From Candidatus Poribacteria bacterium (GTDB lineage Bacteria; Poribacteria; WGA-4E; PCPOR2b), in NCBI GenBank assembly GCA_965198175.1, contig OZ240245.1:1408001-1472000 (forward strand): 64,000 nt of DNA, given 5' to 3'. Positions 50,013 to 58,751 of the stretch are shown piece after piece. Positions within the stretch are counted from its first letter, which is position 1. Each line of letters opens with the position of its first letter. The translations under genes were made by a program, and so were the position numbers. The notes under the pieces were generated by a model. It did no database searches and had not been told where the DNA came from. It was given only the letters and a program-made list of their open reading frames with translations.

Positions 50013-50954
50013 ATGTTTCAAAGGAAGCAGCAGTTGTTTTTTTGCGCAGTAGGGTTTATGGCGCTCTTATTCGCCTTCGCACCGATATGTCTCGCCAGCG
50101 GCAACGCCGCGCCGTATCTACGCGACGGCGTCGGCGCACGGTCAATCGGGCTAGGCGGCGCATTCACAGCCATCGCCGACGATGCCACCTCCACAATCTG
50201 GAATCCTGCGGGCTTACCGGCGACTGAGACTCTAGATTTCACGCTGTCACGGGTGCCAATGGGGTTCAACAACACTAATAAGAACTTCATGGCGATTGTG
50301 AAAGGGTTGAGCGAAAACACGTCGATCGGCTTTTCGTGGATGAATGTTGGCGTTGACGATATCATGGAGGTCAGCGCGGATAATGAAATCACGGGTAGAC
50401 GCTTTAACTACGATTCGAATGCGTTGGCGTTGTCGTTCGGTCATGCGCTGGAAAGTTTTAATCTTGGTGCGAGCGTACGGGTACTTTCTGATGCGGTTGG
50501 ACTGGATGCGTTCGATGGCGTGACGAGTTTTGGCGGCGTGGATGTAGGAATGTTGGCGCGACCCGATACGTCGTTCAGCTACGGCTTGTCGGTCAGAAAC
50601 CTCGGCGGTACGGTCGGCGATGAGAGCGTTCCGATTCTCGTAAATCTCGGTGTTGCGTACCATCTATTTGAGGGGCACCGTGCGACGGTCGCCTGTGATG
50701 TCGAGCACGAAATCGGCATTCTGGACGAAAGTCCTACAAGCGTTCGAATGGGAACAGAATATCGAATTGCACGAACCCTCGCGGTGCGCGGCGGCACACG
50801 GGTGTCCAAGGATCGTCAAGCTCTGTTTGTTGGGTTTGGAGTTGACGTTGGCGGGCTCCAGCTTGATTATGCGTTGAAAGCAGGCGAACGTGCGACACGC
50901 AGCTTGCAAGACGCCGGCGAAACCCATTTCGTTTCACTGTCTTACGGTTACTAA
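50013..50954 (+). CDS. PorV/PorQ (UPF0164)-like outer-membrane beta-barrel protein
   Basis: Signal peptide, GVGARSIGLGGAFTAIADDA....WNPAGL, amphipathic strands and C-terminal H..SLSY.Y. Confidence 0.85.
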   Translation: MFQRKQQLFFCAVGFMALLFAFAPICLASGNAAPYLRDGVGARSIGLGGAFTAIADDATSTIWNPAGLPATETLDFTLSRVPMGFNNTNKNFMAIVKGLSENTSIGFSWMNVGVDDIMEVSADNEITGRRFNYDSNALALSFGHALESFNLGASVRVLSDAVGLDAFDGVTSFGGVDVGMLARPDTSFSYGLSVRNLGGTVGDESVPILVNLGVAYHLFEGHRATVACDVEHEIGILDESPTSVRMGTEYRIARTLAVRGGTRVSKDRQALFVGFGVDVGGLQLDYALKAGERATRSLQDAGETHFVSLSYGY

Positions 50955-51060
50955 ACTATAATTAGACGCAAGCGAATTTCATCGCAACTCGGCGTGAAAG
51001 GTGTGCTTACGTTTTTATATTGGAAATCATTCAATGTTTTCAAGCAAAGGAGAATGCACG

Positions 51061-51945
51061 ATGAAGATGATGAGATCCACCTTTAGCTTGGCGCTTATTC
51101 TTTATCTTTGTGTCTACTTGACAGGCGCGCCGTTCGTACTCACTGCCTCCGCAAAGATTACGCCGATAGATGTGGATGAAACAACGATGTTTTACGAGAT
51201 TGAGAAGGGCGATACGCTGTGGCATCTCGCCGAAAGATATCGAAAAGATGCGCTGTTGTGGATGGAATTTAAGAAATATAACGTCTTTACGAACCCGGAT
51301 CTAATTTATCCGAAGGAAAAACTACAGGTTAAGAACGGTTGGGGGTTCCCCGGCGACGAGCCGCCAATGATGATGGAGGACGAGCCTGAGATGATTGAGG
51401 AGATGCCGTCCGAAATTTCCCTCCTGAAGATGAGCCTAGATGCGAAATTGGATTCCTTGTCGAAGACGGTCATGAAACTCAAGCATAAGGCAGGTGAGTC
51501 CGACAAACATCACAAGATGGTTCGCGATAAGGTCAGTAAAATCAAGGGTATGCTTAAAGAGCATGACAAAGCCCTTAAAGGACATAACGGCGCTATGATG
51601 TCGCACGCCAAAGAGACTAAGATGGGGCTGTCTAAGGTGAAGGGCAAAATTAAGGACTTGAACAAGGACCTGAACGCAAGGACAGACAGGTTGCACGAGC
51701 ACCAGGAAAAGACGATGATGATGCTCGGTGAGACGAACGAATCTATGGCGTCTATAGCAGGTAAGTTCGCGAAGAATGAAGAGCGGCTGAATGACCTCCA
51801 AGCCGGTGTTGATGAAATGCACTCTGAGGTTCACCACTGGAGAGGTGAATACAAAGATTCGACGAAGACAGAGCGGATGTTTGGTGCACTCGCCGTCTTG
51901 GCTGGCGGGATTGCGGTGTTTGCGCTGAATTCGCTCGGTGAGTGA
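51061..51945 (+). CDS. LysM domain plus coiled-coil protein with a C-terminal TM helix
   Basis: Signal peptide, Y.IEKGDTLW.LA...NPDLIYP, a His/Lys-rich coiled coil and a hydrophobic C-terminus. Confidence 0.85.
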   Translation: MKMMRSTFSLALILYLCVYLTGAPFVLTASAKITPIDVDETTMFYEIEKGDTLWHLAERYRKDALLWMEFKKYNVFTNPDLIYPKEKLQVKNGWGFPGDEPPMMMEDEPEMIEEMPSEISLLKMSLDAKLDSLSKTVMKLKHKAGESDKHHKMVRDKVSKIKGMLKEHDKALKGHNGAMMSHAKETKMGLSKVKGKIKDLNKDLNARTDRLHEHQEKTMMMLGETNESMASIAGKFAKNEERLNDLQAGVDEMHSEVHHWRGEYKDSTKTERMFGALAVLAGGIAVFALNSLGE

Positions 51946-52085
51946 CTAGACTAATTTAAGGCAGCATTGAACGAGTTGTACGTCGCAGGGGCGGCGCGTG
52001 AGTAGTCTTGTATTGGATATACTCAGGCGCATTGTCCCTGCTTTTTTTTACCTACAGAGCGGCTCGAAAGATTGGGATTGAAGGG

Positions 52086-52685
52086 ATGGATTCAGAAAGG
52101 TTTCAGCGGACGATTGACAAGTTTATTGAACTCTACGGCGACCGCACGGGAGAGATGGGCGATGGGATTCACGGCGGATTGGCGTGGATTGGCGATACAA
52201 GATTCATGTTGTTAGCGTCGCGCAGTGATGATTTGGGGAGCGCAGGGGATTGGCGGCGCCTGTCTCGGCTAGCGGGTCTTGCAGGTCACCTTCGGCGTCC
52301 GGTGCTTCTGTGGGATTTGCCGCTTCAGGTCTCACCGTCGAAATTGGACGGGGACCCGTTATTGATCAACGAGACGATTCAGAACAGCAGATTGACGTTG
52401 CTAAAGGTCCGTACGCCCATCATCAGCGTCTTTGAGAGACGTTTTCCGCTGCTACTCGGATCTGAATTAGCGATGGTCGAGGGCGCGGTGATTGTGTCAG
52501 ATAAGCCGGGTACCTGTCTTTCTGTACGTGAACATCTGCCGCCCATCGCCGCTGTAAAATCAGGGCAGCACGACTTTAGAATAGAGATTTTGGGACTTCT
52601 TGAAGGAGCTACGAGCGTCTGCGATGAAGATTTGGAACGGCGCCGCATCAATCAGGTTCGGACAATCACGATGCAAACCGATTGA
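52086..52685 (+). CDS. Degenerate acetyl-CoA carboxylase carboxyltransferase alpha (AccA)-like protein
   Basis: FIELYGDR......IHGGLA, W/YRR..RL..LA....RPV...D.P and PIISV match AccA by eye. DTPGA and GEGGSGG are absent. Confidence 0.6.
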   Translation: MDSERFQRTIDKFIELYGDRTGEMGDGIHGGLAWIGDTRFMLLASRSDDLGSAGDWRRLSRLAGLAGHLRRPVLLWDLPLQVSPSKLDGDPLLINETIQNSRLTLLKVRTPIISVFERRFPLLLGSELAMVEGAVIVSDKPGTCLSVREHLPPIAAVKSGQHDFRIEILGLLEGATSVCDEDLERRRINQVRTITMQTD

Positions 52686-52721
52686 TTTCTGGATGGATTT
52701 GTGTTACTATGGTTGCCGCGA

Positions 52722-52793
52722 TTAGGGCAAGCACAAGGGTTGCCCGTACAGTACCGTGGGTGAGGATTGGGCGGCGAAAGGGTTTGCCCCTAC
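52722..52793 (-). repeat. Two REP-like palindromes of a second GTA(G/C)GGG family
   Basis: GGGCAAGCACAAGGGTTGCCCGTAC and GGGCGGCGAAAGGGTTTGCCCCTAC. Confidence 0.55.
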
Positions 52794-52909
52794 TGTGGGT
52801 GAGATTCAGGCAACTAGAACGGTTGCGGCTATCCGCTGGAGGACGTGTCAATTCGTTGATGCGCGTCCGTATTCCCGAATTCCAGAGGGGGAAATGGTAG
52901 ACTTCTCTC

Positions 52910-53536
52910 ATGCTAGAACGTAGGTTCCGAGGCAAGTTCAGCGCGTTTCTTTCGCTCCTTGCAGCGAAGTTGGTTTCAATCGGCGTGACCGCGAATATGA
53001 TCACCTTAATCGGGTTTAGCGTTAATGTGGTTGCGGCTTTCTTTCTGGCGACGGGGCGGTTGGTGCTGGCTGGAGTTCTTATCCTGTTCGGCGGTAGTTT
53101 CGATATGATGGATGGCGCCGTGGCTCGGGTGGCGCCGAAACCTAACCCGTCGGGCGCGTTGCTGGATTCGGTGATTGATCGCTACTCAGAGGGCGCGGTC
53201 TTTTTAGGAGCACTCATCTATTTTTATACCAACAGCAACTTTTATGGGGTCATCCTTGTTTTCGCCGCGATGATCGGGTCCATCCTCGTGAGTTACGTCC
53301 GCGCCCGTGCGGAAGGGCTGCGAATCGAATGTAAGGTCGGATTTATGCAGCGCCCTGAACGGATTGCTATCTTGGCGTTCGGTACGTTGACACAGGGTGT
53401 GCTTGGAGTTCAGTTTGCCGCCATCCAGTCAAGTGCGTTGGTTCTCATCTGTGTTATTGCAATTCTCGCCATTACCTCCCACATTACCGCCATCCATCGG
53501 CTCGTCTTCTCTTTTTTCGAATTGAGTGATCGTTAG
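52910..53536 (+). CDS. CDP-alcohol phosphatidyltransferase (PI/PIP-synthase-like)
   Basis: TAN.IT, D..DGAVAR......GA.LDS..DR, SYVRARAE and G...R.ER. Confidence 0.92.
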   Translation: MLERRFRGKFSAFLSLLAAKLVSIGVTANMITLIGFSVNVVAAFFLATGRLVLAGVLILFGGSFDMMDGAVARVAPKPNPSGALLDSVIDRYSEGAVFLGALIYFYTNSNFYGVILVFAAMIGSILVSYVRARAEGLRIECKVGFMQRPERIAILAFGTLTQGVLGVQFAAIQSSALVLICVIAILAITSHITAIHRLVFSFFELSDR

Positions 53537-53550
53537 CTCCTGTAGCTCTT

Positions 53551-53617
53551 GTAGGTTGGGTAGAGCCAACGGCGAAACCCAACGATCAACCGAACGAATA
53601 GTGAGGGCGATAGAGTT
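53551..53617 (+). repeat. Compact GTAG REP followed by the 34-bp junction element
   Basis: GTAGGTTGGGTAGAGCCAACGGCGAAACCCAAC followed by GATCAACCGAACGAATAGTGAGGGCGATAG. Confidence 0.85.
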
Positions 53618-53663
53618 CCCTGCGCGATAGCTCGGGTTGGCTTTTTTGGCAGCGGTGGAGGTG

Positions 53664-54605
53664 TTAGATGTTGAATGAGTGTATTTCTGCGTCGTTGATG
53701 TGATCCGAAAACTTCTGGTCAATTGCACGCACTTGGTCGGCGAGCGTACGATGTTCCGCACTCATGTTTTCGCGGAGATCGTCAATCCGTTTGTTAGTGT
53801 CATCAATACGTTTGTCGAGAAAGTCACGCGTGATGGTCAATTCGGCGTGCATATCATCTTTTGTCGGGAAATTCGCCAACTTTGCATCTAACAGATTTTC
53901 AAACTGTTCAAACCTCGCATTTGAATGTTTGTCGAGTTGTTCGATGCGTGCATTTGAAGATTGTTCGAGTTTTTCGATACGCGTACTTAAGGATTTGTCG
54001 AGTTGTTCGATGCGTGCGTTTGAAGATTGTTCGAGTTTTTCGATACGCGTACTTAAGGATTTGTCGAGTTGTTCGATGCGTGCGTTTGAAGATTGTTCGA
54101 GTTTTTCGATACGCGTACTTAAGGATATGTCGAGCTGTTCGATACGTGCGTTTGAAGATTGTTCGAGTTTTTCGATACGTGCGTTTAAGGATATGTCGAG
54201 TTGTTCAAATCGTGCATTTGCAGCTTGTTCGCGTGCGATTAAGGATATGTCGAGTTGTTCAAATCGTGCGTTTGCAGCTTGTTCCCGTGCGTTTAAGGAT
54301 ATGTCGAGTTGTTCAAATCGTGCGTTTGAAGATTGTTCGAGTTTTTCGATACGTGCGTTTAAGGATATGTCGAGTTGTTCAAATCGTGCATTTGCAGCTT
54401 GTTCGCGTGCGATCAAAGATATGTCGAGTTGTTCGATACGTGCATTTGAAGATTCTTCAAACTGTTCAACCCTTTTATCGAACTGTTCAAACCTTCTGTC
54501 AAGGCGTCCGAAAAAGAAGTTCAATACGCCGATAACCAAACCGCCACCCGCAACGATTGGGACCGCAATTGCCACGGTGAGTTTGACAATGTCAAGCCAG
54601 CTCAT
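53664..54605 (-). CDS. TM-anchored long coiled-coil repeat protein (PTKDD motif)
   Basis: GGAGG RBS, N-terminal TM, 22-aa and 18-aa tandem repeats (IEKLEQSSNARIEQLDKSLSTR). Confidence 0.85.
   Translation of the reverse strand: MSWLDIVKLTVAIAVPIVAGGGLVIGVLNFFFGRLDRRFEQFDKRVEQFEESSNARIEQLDISLIAREQAANARFEQLDISLNARIEKLEQSSNARFEQLDISLNAREQAANARFEQLDISLIAREQAANARFEQLDISLNARIEKLEQSSNARIEQLDISLSTRIEKLEQSSNARIEQLDKSLSTRIEKLEQSSNARIEQLDKSLSTRIEKLEQSSNARIEQLDKHSNARFEQFENLLDAKLANFPTKDDMHAELTITRDFLDKRIDDTNKRIDDLRENMSAEHRTLADQVRAIDQKFSDHINDAEIHSFNI
53930..54455 (-). repeat. 66-bp and 54-bp intragenic tandem repeats
   Basis: Read directly from the sequence. Confidence 0.9.
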
Positions 54606-54677
54606 CCCGATATCCTCCATTCGTTGTCACATTTTAAAGATATTATACCACAAAACTCCTTAGAGCGTCGAGTTTTC

Positions 54678-54724
54678 GTAGGTTGGCTTGATCTATTCGC
54701 TCAGTTGATCTCAACCCGACCTAC
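54678..54724. repeat. Head-to-head REP halves joined by a partial junction element
   Basis: GTAGGTTGGCTTGATC-TATTCGCTCAGTTGATC-TCAACCCGACCTAC. Confidence 0.8.
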
Positions 54725-54748
54725 GGACTACGGAGCGAGGTACTATTT

Positions 54749-56683
54749 GTGAGTAATTTTACGCCGACCGAAAACCGGAAGCCGAGCGGGATTTCGCTCC
54801 GAACCTTGGCGATTGGCATCTTCTTCGCTCTGGTTAATGCCTATTGGGTTTCGACAAACGATCTGCTGGTCGGCTTAGTCCACAATTACATGTCGCTGTT
54901 CAGCAACGCGGTATTCACGCTGTTCCTGCTGGTTTTACTGAATTTCCTCCTCAAGAAATACGTTCCGACATTCGCGTTCAGCGCTGCCGACCTGTTGGTC
55001 ATTTATGTGATGACCGTGATGGTTACGACCTTTGCGGGGAATCGAATGAATCGGTTTGTCGGACTGCTCTCCCATCCCTACTGGTTTGCCACCCCGGAAA
55101 ATGACTGGCGGAATCTTTTCTGGCGATATATCCCGCCGTGGTTTACCGTCAAGGACGAGAACGCATTGACCGCCCTTTTTCACGGCGAGACGACGTTCTT
55201 CAGGCGTGCGAACTTTATGGCTTGGCTGGGACCGATACTGTATTGGTCGGCTTTTCTGTTTGTGCTGTACGTCGTCCTGATTTGCATCAATACGCTGATA
55301 CGGAAGCAATTCACGGAGCATGAAAGACTGACCTACCCGATTACTTGGCTGCCGCTGGAGATGGCGAAGGATATTTCGTTTTTCCTGAAGAATAGGCTGA
55401 TGTGGGCGGGTTTCGGCATAGCGGCGGCGATTGGTGTTCTCAACGGTTTGAGCGTGTTATATCCGTCGCTGCCGGATATTCCGGTAGGTTGGACGTCGAT
55501 TAACTTTCGGGAAAAACCGTGGAGCTATATGGGCGGCACCCGGATTTCGTTCCAGCCGTTTGTGATTGGGCTCTCGTATTTCATGCCGCTTGACCTTGCG
55601 TTTTCGGCGTGGTTCTTCTATTTCTTGAAGAAATTCACGCAGTTGACCCTGGGTGCGACGATGGGCTGGCGTAACCTCTATTTCCCCGAACAGGCTCAAG
55701 GGGCATGGAGCGGCTTGGGGATCCTTGCGCTCTGGGTCGGACGCAGACATCTGAAACGAGTGTTCACGCAGGCATTCACGGGTAAGCGGGTAATCGATGA
55801 CTCGAAAGAACCGATGGCATATCGGACCGCGATTATTGGGATCGCCGCGGGGGTGATATTTCTCCTTTTTTTCGCGTACAAAGCTGGGCTTTCGTTGTGG
55901 ATCATTTTGGTGTTTTTTGTAATCTATGTTTGCAGCGCCCTCGGCGTGAATAAGATTAGGGCGGGGCTTGGCGTGGCGGTGCATGAGTTGCTATGGGTTG
56001 ACCCCGCCGAGACGATGGTTACCTCGATGGGAACGCGTCTGTTTGGCGCGCGCAACTTGACCGCCCTTTCGTTCCTATTTGTGCTGAATCGGGATCAGCC
56101 GGCCCATCCGATGCCGAACCAACTGGAAGCCTTTCGGATCGGCGAGCAAGCGAATATCCATCCGAGAAAACTGGTTTGGGCGATGATTCTGACCTTCGCC
56201 ATCGGCATACCTGTGACCTTTGTGATATTCTTCAATCATCTGTATCAACAAGGGGCTGAAAATTCGGGGACGATTTTCTTACCAATCGGACGGGAAGGGT
56301 TTTCGCAGCGGCTGCAGGTGTGGCTAACGAATCCGACGGGGCGTAATTATCCAGCGATGGGATTCATGGGGTTTGGTTTCGCGATGACGGGGTTTCTGTT
56401 AGTCATGAAGATGCGGTTTCTGTGGTGGCCGTTTCACCCCGTCGGTTATGTGTTGGGCTCGAGCCCGGCGGAGATGATTTATATTTGGGTACCGGTGCTG
56501 ATTAGTTGGTGTCTGAAGTTCGCCATCCTTCGATATGGGGGATTGCGGGCATACCGCAGCGCGCTGCCGTTTTTTGTGGGGTTAATTTTGGGGGACTATA
56601 CGTTGGGATGCCTATGGAGTATCGTCGGGTCGGTCTTCAGGATTACGGTGTATAATATGGGTTGGCACCCCGTGACCTCTTGA
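54749..56683 (+). CDS. Polytopic membrane protein, DUF6785/DUF6784-like (OPT-related putative transporter)
   Basis: RKQF...ERLTYPI, F.P..IGL.Y..P.D..FS.WFF, WWPFHP.GY and LRYGG...YR...PFF.GLILGD. Confidence 0.75.
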   Translation: MSNFTPTENRKPSGISLRTLAIGIFFALVNAYWVSTNDLLVGLVHNYMSLFSNAVFTLFLLVLLNFLLKKYVPTFAFSAADLLVIYVMTVMVTTFAGNRMNRFVGLLSHPYWFATPENDWRNLFWRYIPPWFTVKDENALTALFHGETTFFRRANFMAWLGPILYWSAFLFVLYVVLICINTLIRKQFTEHERLTYPITWLPLEMAKDISFFLKNRLMWAGFGIAAAIGVLNGLSVLYPSLPDIPVGWTSINFREKPWSYMGGTRISFQPFVIGLSYFMPLDLAFSAWFFYFLKKFTQLTLGATMGWRNLYFPEQAQGAWSGLGILALWVGRRHLKRVFTQAFTGKRVIDDSKEPMAYRTAIIGIAAGVIFLLFFAYKAGLSLWIILVFFVIYVCSALGVNKIRAGLGVAVHELLWVDPAETMVTSMGTRLFGARNLTALSFLFVLNRDQPAHPMPNQLEAFRIGEQANIHPRKLVWAMILTFAIGIPVTFVIFFNHLYQQGAENSGTIFLPIGREGFSQRLQVWLTNPTGRNYPAMGFMGFGFAMTGFLLVMKMRFLWWPFHPVGYVLGSSPAEMIYIWVPVLISWCLKFAILRYGGLRAYRSALPFFVGLILGDYTLGCLWSIVGSVFRITVYNMGWHPVTS

Positions 56684-56717
56684 CATCGCTGTGAAATCAG
56701 ACTGCTAGGGATTACCT

Positions 56718-58640
56718 GTGAATCAATCCACCTCCATCGAAAACGGCAAGCCAAGTGGGATTTCTCTCAGAACCTTGGTCATTGGACTCATTGTGGTCTT
56801 CGTAAATGCCTATTGGGTTTCCGTCAATGAGTTTATAATCGGCCCAATTCACAACTATGTCTCACTGTTCAGTAATGCCGTTTTCACCCTGTTTGTGCTG
56901 GCTCTGCTCAATCTCCTTTTGGAGAAACTACTGCCGAAATTGGCGTTGAGGCCCGCCGACCTTTTGGTCATCTACGCTATGGTCGTGATGGTGACGACCG
57001 TGGCTGGATACCCAATGAACAGACTAGTCGGAACGCTCGCTCACCCATTCTGGTTCGCCACGGCGGAAAATGACTGGCGGCATTTGTTTTGGCGGCATAT
57101 CCCCGAATGGTTTACAATTAGGGACCAAAACGCGCTGAGTAACTTTTACCGCGGCGAGTCTTCTTTTTTCATCCCACAGTACATGACGATGTGGCTTCGC
57201 CCTATGCTCTATTGGTCCGCCTTTATGTTCGTCATCTACTTCGTGCTCATCTGCATCAGCACGATTGTCAGAAAGCAATTCACGGAACATGAGCGACTCA
57301 CGTATCCGATCACCTGGCTACCGCTGGAGTTGGGGCGAGCTCCATTGTCTTTTTTAAAGAATAAGTTAATGTGGACAGGCTTTGGCATTGCGGGCGGCAT
57401 TAGTCTTCTGAATGGCTTGCACACCTTGTACCCTTCTGTTCCTGATGTCCCTGTGGGATGGCAGAACATCATTCCGCAGGAGAAACCGTGGAGTTATATC
57501 GGTTGGACGCCCATATCCTTCCAGCCCTTCGTCATCGGGCTTTCCTATTTCATGCCGCTGGATTTGGCGTTTTCCGCGCTGTTCTTCTTCTTCTTTAAAC
57601 AAATGACGCGAATGTTACTGGGAGTGATTGGCTGGCGCACCCTTTACTTCCATGAACAAGCACAGGGCGCATGGGTAGGATTGGGAATCTTTGCTCTGTG
57701 GGTTGGGCGGAAACACTTCAAGCGGGTATTTATGCAGGCTATCACAGGAAAAGGCGGGCTAGATGAGTCAAAAGAGCCCCTACGGTATCGAACTGCTCTC
57801 TTGGGCATCATCGCGGGTCTGCTATTTTTCCTCTGGTTTGCATCTAAAGCCGGTTTTTCTTTTTGGGTGATGCCCCTGTTTTTGGTACTATACTGGTGCG
57901 GCGCCGTTGGTGTGACCAAGGTCAGAGCTAGCCTTGGCGTGGCTGTGCATAACGTGCTATGGGTGGATCCAGGACGGATAATGGTGTCGTCTGTGGGAAC
58001 GCGTGTCTTTGGGCCGCAGAACTTAACGGCGCTCACCTTCCTATTTTGGTTGAATCGAGAACATAACGCCCATCCCATGCCCAATCAACTGGAAGCCTTT
58101 CGTATCGGTGAACAAGCGAATATTAATAATCGAAAGCTTGCAGGGGCGATGATAATCACCTTTGCAATCAGCATACCAGCGACCTTTCTGCTATACCTCA
58201 TCCTTTCGTATCACCATGGGGCTGGCAACTCAATCTCGCACTTCGTGGGGGTAGGGCGGGATTGTTTTACCCGGCGGCTCCAACCGTGGTTAAATTTTCC
58301 GACGGGCCCTAATTACGGCACGGTAAGCGCGATGGGAATGGGTTTTGGTATCATAGGCTTTCTATGGGTGATGAAGATGCGGTTTCTCTGGTGGCCATTT
58401 CATCCCATCGGTTATGTACTCGGGGTGAGCCCAGCTGAAATGGCATATCATTGGTGTCCTGTGTTTATCAGTTGGTCCGTGAAGTTAACCATCCTTCGGT
58501 ACGGGGGCTTGCAGGCGTATCGCAGAGCGCTGCCGTTTTTTGCAGGCTTGATATTGGGCGACTACACCATGGGTGGTATTTGGTCCATCATCAGCCCGGT
58601 GTTTAACGTCGTAACATATACCATGGCATGGCATCGCTGA
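56718..58640 (+). CDS. Polytopic membrane protein, DUF6785/DUF6784-like (tandem paralogue)
   Basis: Colinear with the upstream gene along its whole length, with the same motifs. Confidence 0.75.
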   Translation: MNQSTSIENGKPSGISLRTLVIGLIVVFVNAYWVSVNEFIIGPIHNYVSLFSNAVFTLFVLALLNLLLEKLLPKLALRPADLLVIYAMVVMVTTVAGYPMNRLVGTLAHPFWFATAENDWRHLFWRHIPEWFTIRDQNALSNFYRGESSFFIPQYMTMWLRPMLYWSAFMFVIYFVLICISTIVRKQFTEHERLTYPITWLPLELGRAPLSFLKNKLMWTGFGIAGGISLLNGLHTLYPSVPDVPVGWQNIIPQEKPWSYIGWTPISFQPFVIGLSYFMPLDLAFSALFFFFFKQMTRMLLGVIGWRTLYFHEQAQGAWVGLGIFALWVGRKHFKRVFMQAITGKGGLDESKEPLRYRTALLGIIAGLLFFLWFASKAGFSFWVMPLFLVLYWCGAVGVTKVRASLGVAVHNVLWVDPGRIMVSSVGTRVFGPQNLTALTFLFWLNREHNAHPMPNQLEAFRIGEQANINNRKLAGAMIITFAISIPATFLLYLILSYHHGAGNSISHFVGVGRDCFTRRLQPWLNFPTGPNYGTVSAMGMGFGIIGFLWVMKMRFLWWPFHPIGYVLGVSPAEMAYHWCPVFISWSVKLTILRYGGLQAYRRALPFFAGLILGDYTMGGIWSIISPVFNVVTYTMAWHR

Positions 58641-58751
58641 GCGCCGATTAGAAAACACGGGCAATCGAGTTTGACCGATTTGAACAACATGCTATCCGAA
58701 GAGAGCGAGCAAGAAGCGCTCTGTGTGCTAACCTGAAACGGAGGAAAGAAT

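Noticed and set aside
53764..54663. Cys/Ser-rich and Arg/Val-rich repeat ORFs on the plus strand
   Set aside because: Antisense shadows of the repeat coiled-coil gene, which has the RBS and the TM segment.
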